Below are positions 29,282-38,967 of a stretch of 64,000 nt of DNA, in pieces. Position numbers and translations under genes: made by a program. The DNA comes from an uncultured virus (IMG/VR IMGVR_UViG_3300045790_000889) (Duplodnaviria; Heunggongvirae; Uroviricota; Caudoviricetes): the IMG/VR virus record IMGVR_UViG_3300045790_000889; one strand, written 5' to 3'. The notes under the pieces were generated by a model. That model had not been told where the DNA came from and did not search any database. It saw only the letters and a program-made list of their open reading frames with translations. Position 1 is the first letter of the stretch, and each line of letters opens with the position of its first letter.

Positions 29282-32200
29282 ATGGTGGATAATAATTCTT
29301 GGGAAGGTAGAGTTCCAAAACAAAAAAACGATGTTCTTGTATATCAAATTCAACCTCTAGGTATTATTAAAGAAATAGATTTAAGAGATAATCTTGTAAT
29401 CGAACTTCCATACAATGCACAATTTGTAACAATTGCGCTTCAATTAGATGCTGGATACATTGTAGGTTCTGATCGTAGGTGGCAAGTAACCCATGTTGAT
29501 GGTCAAGTAGAAAAACTTCCAAGTGCAAATACTTTTATACCAACACACAAATTTGGCCTATCAATTTCTGGAATCCCAACTGCACCTTCGTGCAAGACCT
29601 TAACAATTCAAACTTTTGAATTAGCAACTGGTCAACTCAGTAATAATGACAGATTTTTTAGGCGTGATAACGTAGATATTAATGCTTGGATGTCGGCAGG
29701 ATCACCAGTATATTCAAATATATGTTTTCGCCTTGCTCAAGCCTCTGCTGATATTACATTAGGATCAAATTTAGTTCAAGATGTTAGTGGAGGGTCTGAT
29801 TCTGCAATAGGTGTAGACACTTTTGGAGAAAACTCTGGAATTTTTGATAGTGTTAGAGCAGATTTAGGTGTATTTGGACGTATAGAAGCAGATAGCGCAT
29901 ATATTGGTGGATTGAGGGCAGATTCAAGTATATTTGGAAGTATAAATGCAGATAGCGCATATATTGATGGATTGAGGGCAGATAGTGCTAGGCTAGGAAC
30001 TTTATACTCAGATAGTTCACATATTAAATATCTTAAAGCGGATAGTGCATATATTTCTCAATCTAGGTCGGATATACTTACCGCATCAATAATAAGTTCT
30101 GATAGTGTTAGTATTCAAAATATCTTACGTGTTGGAAGATATTATATAGATGCTGGTGAATGGGATAGTAATGATCTTTTAACTGACATTAACGCCATTG
30201 CACAAGAGAATTTTGGTGGAATTTATTATGCTAAAGCAGATTCTATAAGTGGTATCAGAGAAAAATATGCGTATATAAAATTTGAAGAAGATGAAAATAA
30301 ATGGAATTTTTTTCCTAATATAAACATTAGTGATTTAGATAGTGATGGTGATAGTGATGATACTACTACTGAAAAAACACCCTTTGGTGCTGGTCTCTCT
30401 GGACAGTTTTTAGCATATGATGCATACGAAAAAAAATATGATTGGGACTATATAGGATATTCTGGTAAATTTGTGTTTGATAGTGAACAACTTGTAGCAG
30501 CATTAGAAGCAGAGCCTCCTGCCGCTGGATCAGATTTAGATAAACTAAAATCGCGTGAAGGATATTTGTCATATAAACCGTATAGTCATGGTGATTTTTT
30601 ATATGAAATTGAATCTGGTGATGTAATAATGTCTGGATTTTCAAAAACAAATTTAAACTTTTTTGAAAACCATGTACCAATTGGTGATGTTGTCTCTGGA
30701 CGGTTTACTAATGGTGCAACTTCCCCAATTAATGATAATATATATACATATTTTGATTCAAATAATTCTAACTTTAAAACCGTTGTTTTAGATTCTGATT
30801 ATTCTAATCTGACTACTAAATATCAAAAAATTTCAAAATCTATAAATGGTATAATTTCTCCAACATCTCGTAGTGATTATATATTACAAGCAACTTTTAG
30901 TGCTAATGATACTAGAGAAAAAATTGGGGCGGCTGGTGTTGTTGTTGGATTTGTGAAAGATGGTTTAAAAGAAAAAACTTTGACTGTCTTTAGAAGCGTA
31001 AGATCAACTGGAGCATACGATTCAGATTTGGATATACCTCTTTCGCGTGGTCCTGATCCATATAACTTTGAATTAATTTACAATGCTGGGCAAGTTGATG
31101 AGCAATTAATTGACATAGGTAGATTAGTAGAAGCGAGGCCGATACATCCAAATGTGTCATGGGATTCCAGTGGCGATGTTGTCATTAAAATTAAAAAAGG
31201 TGGTTTTGAACTAACTATTGAAACAAGTCAATTCGGAGATTCTGCTATTGACCCACTTACATCTAAAAAAATAGACTTATTTAATAATGACGGTATTCCA
31301 GAAGAAATTAAAGATTTAGATTTAACAATATTTGGTGGTCCAGTTCAAACTGGTTTTGCATTCTATAATATTTCTGATGCTACAGTAAAAGACATAAAAC
31401 TAGCGCCAGGTGCAGATGGAATATATTCATACGATGATAATACTATTTTTGATTTAAGAAATAAAAAAACTTATCTATACTTTGATTCTGAAAAATCTGT
31501 GACATATGATTTAACAAAGGGTTATCATAATATTGATAGTAATGGTTTTGGTGATCCAATTCTTGGAGCGGATTTATTTACAGGAATATTATATCATAAT
31601 CCAGAACTTGGAACCACATGGTATCAAGACCCAAATAGAACCTTTCAAATAGGTGATAACAGTAAAGGCAATTCTATTTTAAATGGAATTCAGTATCTAA
31701 TTCAAGGTGGTTATGATAATGATAAACCTAGAGGAATATTTAAAGGTTTAACATCATTACACCGTATTAATAATGAATTTAATACTACTCAGAGAGGATT
31801 AACTCTCAGCGTATTTGATGTAAATGGTGAATTATTTTCTACCAAAAATTATGATATAGATAGAAATTCTCCAACAGTTACTATTGGTGGTGTTCCAACA
31901 TCATCTGCGATGATTGCTCAAAATATGGCGTCTGACATAACAAATTTAGCGAATGGTGCGACAAAACAGATATGTGTCATTACCTCTTGGGGAGATTGGC
32001 ATTTTGATGATGGCGGTTTCTTAACAGCAGCAGCCAAAGCAATTGGTTTGTCCAAACTTGCAGCAGCAGGTGAAGCAAGTTTGGGTAGTCATCAATATGC
32101 GAGTGTTTTTCAATTAGGATCAAAAAGTAAAATATATGAAGTTGCTGAACATCAAAATTCTATAAATCAACCAAGTATTAAATTGTTTATGAATGGGCTT

Positions 32201-34915
32201 CAAGGAAGTGAAGAATTTTTTGTCTTAGGCGGCGAAGCAAATGCTAATAGTTCATTAACAAATTGGCGTGGGGATATTATTGCGGAAACTACTGGAAATA
32301 ATGATTTAAATCTTTATGGTGGGGTTGTTGCTGCAACACCATCTACATTCAACAGTACTGTTAATATCGCGATAGGAGAAGCAAATGGGATTCGTTTTCC
32401 AGATGAGGCTTTTGCAAACGATGCAAATGATAAAGCAAGACTATATCTTATAGATTCTCCAAATGAAACTGGACAACAAATTTTTACCATAGAAGTTCAA
32501 GATGATTCAACTGATCTGATAAATCTAATCACACCAGAATCAGACGGTAGAGGTCTTGGTATGGGGATGACGGGTCTCAGACATAATATGAAACCAATAT
32601 TCTCTGAAGGGTATTTAAATATTGTCTATGATGATAGCCCAACTTTAGGAGGAAATCTAAATATTTTAGACTATAAAATATTTAGTGGAGATTATCTTGA
32701 TAACCATACTGATATACACCCAACTATAGAATTATCATATAATCCTCCTGGAAATGATAATGCAGATAGTAGTGCAATGTTATCAAGTATTCGTTCTATA
32801 CACAATTTTATTGATATTAATGCTGTTGAGAATAGTCAATACTTTGGACTATGGAACAATAAAAATCCTTACAGTGACAATTTAATTGATAGTACAAATT
32901 GGATTTTTGGCATTAGGGAAAATGGTGATGTTGATGTAACTGGTAAATTTACTACAGTAACAACAGATCAACTCACTGAAGGGTTAGTAAACCTTTATTA
33001 CACTGACAGTAGAGTAATACTTTCTGCACATAATTCAATTAGAGTAGATACTGATACTACACCCGCAGGTGGGGGTTCTTTGGCATGGACTCCTTCACCT
33101 GATGCGATTGAACAAGGTGTGCTTGATTTTGTTCCAGCCCTATCGCATAGCATAATCACAGAGACACCTTCTGGAACAGTAAACACATTAGCGTATAGTA
33201 CTGCCAGTGGAATTTTTACGTTTAAATCTGCACTACTAAGTGATATTCTTAGTAGTGCAAATTCAGAGCATACTGTGGTAAATGCCACTCCATCTGGTAC
33301 TACAACTTCATTATCGTATGATACTACAAATGGGGAATTCACATTAACACCAATAGCACCGATAAATGTAGATTCAAATTCAAGGGCTTCACTAGGTATC
33401 AGTAATGTTAATGCCAGAGTGGAAGGTGGGCAACTTGCATATAATTCCGCGAGTGGGATATTTACCTATACTAAAAGTTATCAGTTTAACTTTATCAATA
33501 ATAGTACACCCAGTGGCGCAGGTGCTATAGCATCATCAATTAGTGGTGGAGTGCAAACAGTCACATATACACCAGCAGATATTTTCTCACAACTGAGTAT
33601 TACAGACGCCGCACCAATATCTGGAAACAACTCATCATTAACTTTAACGGCTGGTGCGCTTACATATAGACCAGCAGAATATTATCCACCCATATCAATC
33701 ATAGATACTCAATCTATACCATCTCATGGCGAAGGAAGTTTAGCATATGATTCTGCAACTGGGGTTTTAACACATCTTAGAGCGGCGACAGTAAATCTTT
33801 TAAATTTTAGAGGAACTACAGATTCTGATCTTGCTGAGTTTGGAAAAGTAGGTACAATTAGTTTTGATACTGATTCAAATTATGGAATTGGTACTTTTAA
33901 ATTAACTCCTGGATATTTTGCTACCAAAATAGATTCGTGTCTGGACACTACTTTAACTATACCACATGCTACGGAAACCATGGGCCAAGTTGCGGCAGCA
34001 GTTGTTGCTACGAAACCTTCTGTGATGATGTTGGACAGTAGTGCTGCATTCAAGTTTTCAAATAGGAGAATAAGTTTAGGTGATTTAGTTAATGTGGCAG
34101 ATAGTGCTAATGCTGCTCTTGGTTTTGTATTAACAAAAACACATCAAGGGTATGCAGATGCTACACCACACGGTTCTAATTTTGAATTTAAATCATTACC
34201 TCCTACAATACTATTAACAGATTTAAGTGTTGGAGCATTAACGACACCTGATGATATTATAGGTAATATAGTATATGATAATACAAATGGGACTTTTTCA
34301 TTTAAACCACCCCAATCTTTTGCTAAATTTGCTGGTGGGGATGGTGGTTTAGCAACGCCATCTGCGTTAAGTGAAACTTTAACTTTAACTGCCGATACTA
34401 CTAGTGGATTATTAATAAATGCGTCTGGAAGTACAATAACAATTGATGCTTCAAGTGTAGGTGGATTTTCTGTTGATAATAACTCAAATAATAGAATTGT
34501 TACTGCAACTGGTACTGGTGGTAACGCTGAAGAAAATGCTACCTTTGATGGTTCAACATTAGCGATTACTGGTGCAATCACCGCGACTGGAAATATTAGT
34601 GCAGAAGGGAATGTTATTGCTGCTGCATCATCAGATTTAAGACTTAAAGAAAATTTACAAAAAATTGATAATGCTCTTGAAAAAGTTAGCAGATTAAATG
34701 GTTATACTTTTACTTGGAATGAAAAGGCAGATAAAATATTTTCGTCTAAGAATGATGTAGGTGTTGTAGCACAGGAAGTTGAAGAGGTTCTACCAGAGAT
34801 TGTTATAGATAGAGTAGATGGTTATAAGGCCGTTTATTATGAAAAACTCGTTCCTTTATTGATTGAATCAATCAAAGAGTTAAAGGAGAGAATTGAAGAA
34901 CTGGAGAAAAGATAA
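29282..34915 (+). CDS. 1877-aa fibre-like protein with a C-terminal peptidase S74 (intramolecular chaperone) domain
   Basis: C-terminal SSDLRLKENL...GYTFTW...GVVAQEVEEVLPE...Y.KLVPLLIESIKEL; ADSAYI and SLAYxxxxGxFT repeats; DDSPTLGGNLN and LTEGLVNLYYTDSR fibre motifs. Confidence 0.8.
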   Translation: MVDNNSWEGRVPKQKNDVLVYQIQPLGIIKEIDLRDNLVIELPYNAQFVTIALQLDAGYIVGSDRRWQVTHVDGQVEKLPSANTFIPTHKFGLSISGIPTAPSCKTLTIQTFELATGQLSNNDRFFRRDNVDINAWMSAGSPVYSNICFRLAQASADITLGSNLVQDVSGGSDSAIGVDTFGENSGIFDSVRADLGVFGRIEADSAYIGGLRADSSIFGSINADSAYIDGLRADSARLGTLYSDSSHIKYLKADSAYISQSRSDILTASIISSDSVSIQNILRVGRYYIDAGEWDSNDLLTDINAIAQENFGGIYYAKADSISGIREKYAYIKFEEDENKWNFFPNINISDLDSDGDSDDTTTEKTPFGAGLSGQFLAYDAYEKKYDWDYIGYSGKFVFDSEQLVAALEAEPPAAGSDLDKLKSREGYLSYKPYSHGDFLYEIESGDVIMSGFSKTNLNFFENHVPIGDVVSGRFTNGATSPINDNIYTYFDSNNSNFKTVVLDSDYSNLTTKYQKISKSINGIISPTSRSDYILQATFSANDTREKIGAAGVVVGFVKDGLKEKTLTVFRSVRSTGAYDSDLDIPLSRGPDPYNFELIYNAGQVDEQLIDIGRLVEARPIHPNVSWDSSGDVVIKIKKGGFELTIETSQFGDSAIDPLTSKKIDLFNNDGIPEEIKDLDLTIFGGPVQTGFAFYNISDATVKDIKLAPGADGIYSYDDNTIFDLRNKKTYLYFDSEKSVTYDLTKGYHNIDSNGFGDPILGADLFTGILYHNPELGTTWYQDPNRTFQIGDNSKGNSILNGIQYLIQGGYDNDKPRGIFKGLTSLHRINNEFNTTQRGLTLSVFDVNGELFSTKNYDIDRNSPTVTIGGVPTSSAMIAQNMASDITNLANGATKQICVITSWGDWHFDDGGFLTAAAKAIGLSKLAAAGEASLGSHQYASVFQLGSKSKIYEVAEHQNSINQPSIKLFMNGLQGSEEFFVLGGEANANSSLTNWRGDIIAETTGNNDLNLYGGVVAATPSTFNSTVNIAIGEANGIRFPDEAFANDANDKARLYLIDSPNETGQQIFTIEVQDDSTDLINLITPESDGRGLGMGMTGLRHNMKPIFSEGYLNIVYDDSPTLGGNLNILDYKIFSGDYLDNHTDIHPTIELSYNPPGNDNADSSAMLSSIRSIHNFIDINAVENSQYFGLWNNKNPYSDNLIDSTNWIFGIRENGDVDVTGKFTTVTTDQLTEGLVNLYYTDSRVILSAHNSIRVDTDTTPAGGGSLAWTPSPDAIEQGVLDFVPALSHSIITETPSGTVNTLAYSTASGIFTFKSALLSDILSSANSEHTVVNATPSGTTTSLSYDTTNGEFTLTPIAPINVDSNSRASLGISNVNARVEGGQLAYNSASGIFTYTKSYQFNFINNSTPSGAGAIASSISGGVQTVTYTPADIFSQLSITDAAPISGNNSSLTLTAGALTYRPAEYYPPISIIDTQSIPSHGEGSLAYDSATGVLTHLRAATVNLLNFRGTTDSDLAEFGKVGTISFDTDSNYGIGTFKLTPGYFATKIDSCLDTTLTIPHATETMGQVAAAVVATKPSVMMLDSSAAFKFSNRRISLGDLVNVADSANAALGFVLTKTHQGYADATPHGSNFEFKSLPPTILLTDLSVGALTTPDDIIGNIVYDNTNGTFSFKPPQSFAKFAGGDGGLATPSALSETLTLTADTTSGLLINASGSTITIDASSVGGFSVDNNSNNRIVTATGTGGNAEENATFDGSTLAITGAITATGNISAEGNVIAAASSDLRLKENLQKIDNALEKVSRLNGYTFTWNEKADKIFSSKNDVGVVAQEVEEVLPEIVIDRVDGYKAVYYEKLVPLLIESIKELKERIEELEKR
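29881..30060 (+). repeat. 10-aa (30/60-nt) tandem xxADSAYIxx repeat
   Basis: gcagatagcgcatatattg.tggattgagggcagat at 29888 and 29948. Confidence 0.85.
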
Positions 34916-36630
34916 TGGCTAGGTTAAGATTTGTGGATCACTTTGATTCAGATGATCCAGGACTAAGTTTAGACTCTATAGATGAAGTTTTTCCTTCTGG
35001 TAGTTCAGTAAATCATACTTTAACAGATTATTATAGAGGTGGAAGTTATGTTCCAGCAAATGAATCTACTCTTATACCCACATCAGGTGTGATAAAAATA
35101 TTAGATTTTCAAGGGTCTGGAGAAGGTGGTCCAATAAATGTTCCTAAACCTTGGTATGGTGCAATTCTTACAGGTGGGCAATCCAGCAAGACCCATAGTT
35201 TCGCACCACCAGCACATCTTGCAGGAAAACATTTTGGATGCGTTATTGTAGGTGCTGGCGGTGGCGCAGGTGGATCACCAGGTGCTGGCGGTGGCGGTGG
35301 TAGTGTTGTTTATATTCCTAAAGGAATACCTTTTCACGCAGGAGATGAGTGGCAATTTAGAATGGGCAGAGGCGGGGGTGGTGGAAGTACAAGTGACGGG
35401 GGTGATGGTGGCACAACCTTTTTCTCAATTAAAAAAAGTGGATGGAGTTCATATTATGACTATATCGCCGCAGGAGGTGGCAGTGGGGGTGAAACTGGTC
35501 AAGCCAGTGTTGGCTTTGGGGCAACTAATGCGGATGGTGGTGATCGTGGTCGCCCTTGGTTCTGGCATGCTGACAAAGATACTAATAATCTTCCTGCGTA
35601 TTCAGCGAGACAACAGATTGACCAAGGCTCTTACTCAGATACTGGTAGTTATAGTAACCCAATTTTTAATCCTTTAGGTTATCCTCGTTCTGATGGACCA
35701 GCGGATTCTAATACAACTGGAAATAATATACAAGCATCATATGGGGGAGAAGGTGGTGATGTAAGTATAACTACTGGTCTTGCTTATGGTGGCGGCGGGG
35801 GTGGGGTTGGTGGATTCGATTTTGTTTATGGGGCATGGGACTCTAGTACAACAAACATTATGCCTAGAGGTGGGAATGGAGGCTACGGTTATGGGGTATC
35901 TAGTGTTCTTGCGGCAGGTGGTGGAGGTGGGCGAGGCCCAGTAGTAGCAGCAACTAGTACACAAGGAACTAATTTTCAAAGAAATTCTGGTGGGGGGATT
36001 TTTGACTCTTCTTATGATATAAATTCAAAATATGAGATACAATTTTTTCCAACTCCAAAAACAGGTTTTCATGATGCACAAGGTCTTAGTGTTTTAGATA
36101 CTGTTGGTGGTTCTTATCCACCACCAACTACAGGAAATACTGCCCCACAAACAAATATTTTTGTAGGCAATTCATCCTCAAAAAATGAAAGAAGTTTCTA
36201 TTTCAAACCTACAAATACAAATCGGAGTGATACTTCTAAGTCAGGTGGACATGTCAGTTCATCATCAAATGGTGGTTATGGTGTTTATGGTGGAAAAAAT
36301 GGAAATACTATTGCGACTAGACACACCAGCGATGTGAGTAACCCATTTGGTACTTCATATGATGAAACAACTGGAAGAATATATAGACCTAAGAATTGGG
36401 GTGGTGGTGGGGGTGCTGCTAGTAGATTTACATCAACAGTTTCAGGCGGTAGTTATGGTAATTTGAATGGGAACCATGGGTATGGGGTCAGCGGTGGTCC
36501 TGGAATTGTTATTATATTTGGACCGACACCATCACTAGATAGTGATTTTTTAACAACAGAAGGTGGTGAATTTATAATTCCTCATATATTCCCTTCAGCA
36601 GATGGATTTTATAATGATTCTTGGTCATAA
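34915..36630 (+). CDS. Glycine-rich virion protein, probable partner of the upstream fibre
   Basis: VGAGGGAGG..GGGGG..GPGIVII glycine-rich domain; N-terminal LTDYYRGG...IPTSG.I.I.DF.G module often seen after S74 fibres. Confidence 0.6.
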   Translation: MARLRFVDHFDSDDPGLSLDSIDEVFPSGSSVNHTLTDYYRGGSYVPANESTLIPTSGVIKILDFQGSGEGGPINVPKPWYGAILTGGQSSKTHSFAPPAHLAGKHFGCVIVGAGGGAGGSPGAGGGGGSVVYIPKGIPFHAGDEWQFRMGRGGGGGSTSDGGDGGTTFFSIKKSGWSSYYDYIAAGGGSGGETGQASVGFGATNADGGDRGRPWFWHADKDTNNLPAYSARQQIDQGSYSDTGSYSNPIFNPLGYPRSDGPADSNTTGNNIQASYGGEGGDVSITTGLAYGGGGGGVGGFDFVYGAWDSSTTNIMPRGGNGGYGYGVSSVLAAGGGGGRGPVVAATSTQGTNFQRNSGGGIFDSSYDINSKYEIQFFPTPKTGFHDAQGLSVLDTVGGSYPPPTTGNTAPQTNIFVGNSSSKNERSFYFKPTNTNRSDTSKSGGHVSSSSNGGYGVYGGKNGNTIATRHTSDVSNPFGTSYDETTGRIYRPKNWGGGGGAASRFTSTVSGGSYGNLNGNHGYGVSGGPGIVIIFGPTPSLDSDFLTTEGGEFIIPHIFPSADGFYNDSWS

Positions 36631-36657
36631 CAATGCTAATTTGAAAAAACTATTTTG

Positions 36658-36665
36658 TATAAATA
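36658..36665 (+). promoter_or_regulatory. T4 late promoter
   Basis: TATAAATA upstream of the 90-aa acidic ORF. Confidence 0.85.
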
Positions 36666-36689
36666 ACAGTATAATAAGGAGATATTGAA

Positions 36690-36962
36690 ATGGAAGATGA
36701 CAATTTTGAAGTAGAAAATGAAACTATTGATACTATGGAAGATGAAGATATTAATAGGGATTTTGAAGCAGAGGTAGAAGATGAGGATTTTGAAGTAGAA
36801 AATGAAACTGGTAATATGATTGATGCTATCTATGATGGTAACCTCAGAGTTGCTGGTGAAGTTTTTAGTGACATGCTTGGGGATAAAATCAAATCTGCTT
36901 TGGATGTAGAGAGAATTTCCATGGGACAAAAAATGTTCGCAAATGCATCATCTGAAGAATAA
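36690..36962 (+). CDS. Acidic prohead core protein (gp67-like)
   Basis: Very acidic; MIDAI..G....A.E.F...L..K...AL pattern; position before gp21. Confidence 0.6.
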   Translation: MEDDNFEVENETIDTMEDEDINRDFEAEVEDEDFEVENETGNMIDAIYDGNLRVAGEVFSDMLGDKIKSALDVERISMGQKMFANASSEE

Positions 36963-36967
36963 ATTTA

Positions 36968-36975
36968 TATAAATA
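36968..36975 (+). promoter_or_regulatory. T4 late promoter
   Basis: TATAAATA. Confidence 0.85.
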
Positions 36976-37010
36976 CACTATAGATTAATAAAAAAAAGAG
37001 TTACAATTTA

Positions 37011-37205
37011 ATGAAAACTTTTAAAGAATTAAAAGAAAACCTACTAATTGAAAAATCTATGAAAATAGGTGATGCAAAGGTTGATATTAAAAAAGTAGGA
37101 AAAGAATTTAAAGTTGAGATTGATGGTGAGCATCTGGACAATTATGGTTCAGAAAAAGAAGCGATCACCATGGCAAAAGAATTCATTAAGCAATATAAAG
37201 GATAA
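37011..37205 (+). CDS. Small head-cluster protein (gp68 position) with an MKTFKE leader
   Basis: Immediately upstream of gp21; N-terminus resembles T4 internal-protein leaders. Confidence 0.55.
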   Translation: MKTFKELKENLLIEKSMKIGDAKVDIKKVGKEFKVEIDGEHLDNYGSEKEAITMAKEFIKQYKG

Positions 37206-37208
37206 GAC

Positions 37209-37859
37209 ATGAAACTAATTGCTGAGTACTGTGACGGTGCATTAGATTTAATCACTGAAGCAAAGGAAAATGGTGAAAAGTCTTATCAAATAGAAGGCGT
37301 TTTTGCACAAGCAGAAGCGAAGAATAGAAATGGTCGTATGTATCCAAAGCCTATTATGGAAAATGCGATCAACAAATATGTAAAAGAACAAGTTAAAACT
37401 GGACGCGCTGTAGGTGAGTTAAATCATCCAGACGGTCCAACTGTTAACTTGGATAAGGTATCCCATCGTATTACGGAACTCAAGTTTGAGGGAAATGATG
37501 TGATGGGTAAAGCACTTATATTAGATACTCCAATGGGTAAAGTTGTAAAAGGTTTACTTGATGGTGGGTGTCAACTAGGTGTTTCGACTCGTGGTATGGG
37601 AAGTCTTGAGAAACGTAATGGAATAATGGAGGTTAAGGATGATTTTATTCTTAACACCGTTGACATTGTTCAAGACCCAAGCGCACCTAACGCTTTTGTT
37701 AATGGTATAATGGAAGGTGTAGACTGGGTATGGGATAATGGAATGATTAAACCTCAAGAAATTGAAAAAATAGAGACTGAAATAAAAAGAACTCCATCAA
37801 AAGGTTTGCAAGAAGCGCAAATTCGTGGGTTTGAAAATTTCCTCTCGTTGCTGAAATAA
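37209..37859 (+). CDS. gp21: Prohead protease gp21
   Basis: NRNGRMYP, GELNHP, VSHRI, LGVSTRGMGSL, DIVQDPSAP. Confidence 0.97.
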   Translation: MKLIAEYCDGALDLITEAKENGEKSYQIEGVFAQAEAKNRNGRMYPKPIMENAINKYVKEQVKTGRAVGELNHPDGPTVNLDKVSHRITELKFEGNDVMGKALILDTPMGKVVKGLLDGGCQLGVSTRGMGSLEKRNGIMEVKDDFILNTVDIVQDPSAPNAFVNGIMEGVDWVWDNGMIKPQEIEKIETEIKRTPSKGLQEAQIRGFENFLSLLK

Positions 37860-37872
37860 AAAGGAGTCAAGT

Positions 37873-38955
37873 ATGACTGATCAAACACAAGAACAGGAAC
37901 TTGAGGTCCATGATGACAACGAAATTGTGGAATCTCACGAAGAAGTAACTGAAGCATCACTTTCAGATGATCCAGAAGGTGCAGAAGATAATTCTGTACA
38001 ATCTGTTCAGAAAGCGGCTCAAGTTACTAAAAAAGCATCCCCACCTAAAACTAAGGCGGGTATGGTTAATGCTATGACTGATAAAATGAATGGTATGAAA
38101 ACCAAGACTGAAATCAAGGCAGCATATGAAAAAATGATGGGTGAAGAAATTGAAGTAGACATGGAAGAAGAAACAATGGTAGAAGATACTTCTACTGCTG
38201 ATTTGGAAGTCCTTATTTCTACTGATGAATCTCTATCAGAAGACTTTAAAGCAAAAGCAAGTACAATTTTTGAGGCAGCACTTACTACAAGAGTTGCAAC
38301 TAGAGTTCAAGAATTGGATGAGGCATTTGGTGAAAAAGTCACATCTCTGGAAGAGCAATACGCTACAGAGACTGAGGAAGCAATCAATGAAGCAAAGGGT
38401 GACCTTGTAGACAAGATTGATTCTTATTTAAACTACGTTGTTGAACAATGGATGGAAGAAAACCGTATTGCTGTAGAGCAAGGTATTCGCACGGAAATCG
38501 CTGAAGGCTTCATGGGTAAGTTGAAAGACTTGTTCACTGAATCTTACATTGAAGTTCCAGAAACCAAAGTTGACTTAGTAGACCAACTCGCTGAAGAAGT
38601 TCTAGAATTAGAAGAACTTTTGAATAAGCAAACCCAAACCAATGTTGATATGAACGAAACAATTTCTAATCTGAAGCGTTCTGCTATTATTGTAGAAGCA
38701 TCATATGATCTTGCTAGTACTGAAGCATCAAAATTGGAAAAACTGGTTGAAGGCGTAGAATTTGAAAATGAAGATAATTTCAAATTTAAAGTTGACACCA
38801 TCAAAGAGTCTTACTTCAATGGTAAACCAGCAGTTTCACCTGCCGCTATCGTAGAAGAAACACTTACAGAAGAAACCCAAGAAGATACGGATACAGATGT
38901 AAACGTATCGGATAGCATGGCTAAGTATGTCGCTGCTATTAAAGCAAGTAATTAA
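37873..38955 (+). CDS. gp22: Prohead scaffold gp22
   Basis: LSEDFKAKASTIFEAA, DSYLNYVVEQWMEEN, LKDLFTESYI; acidic. Confidence 0.95.
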   Translation: MTDQTQEQELEVHDDNEIVESHEEVTEASLSDDPEGAEDNSVQSVQKAAQVTKKASPPKTKAGMVNAMTDKMNGMKTKTEIKAAYEKMMGEEIEVDMEEETMVEDTSTADLEVLISTDESLSEDFKAKASTIFEAALTTRVATRVQELDEAFGEKVTSLEEQYATETEEAINEAKGDLVDKIDSYLNYVVEQWMEENRIAVEQGIRTEIAEGFMGKLKDLFTESYIEVPETKVDLVDQLAEEVLELEELLNKQTQTNVDMNETISNLKRSAIIVEASYDLASTEASKLEKLVEGVEFENEDNFKFKVDTIKESYFNGKPAVSPAAIVEETLTEETQEDTDTDVNVSDSMAKYVAAIKASN

Positions 38956-38967
38956 GGAGTATCCATC

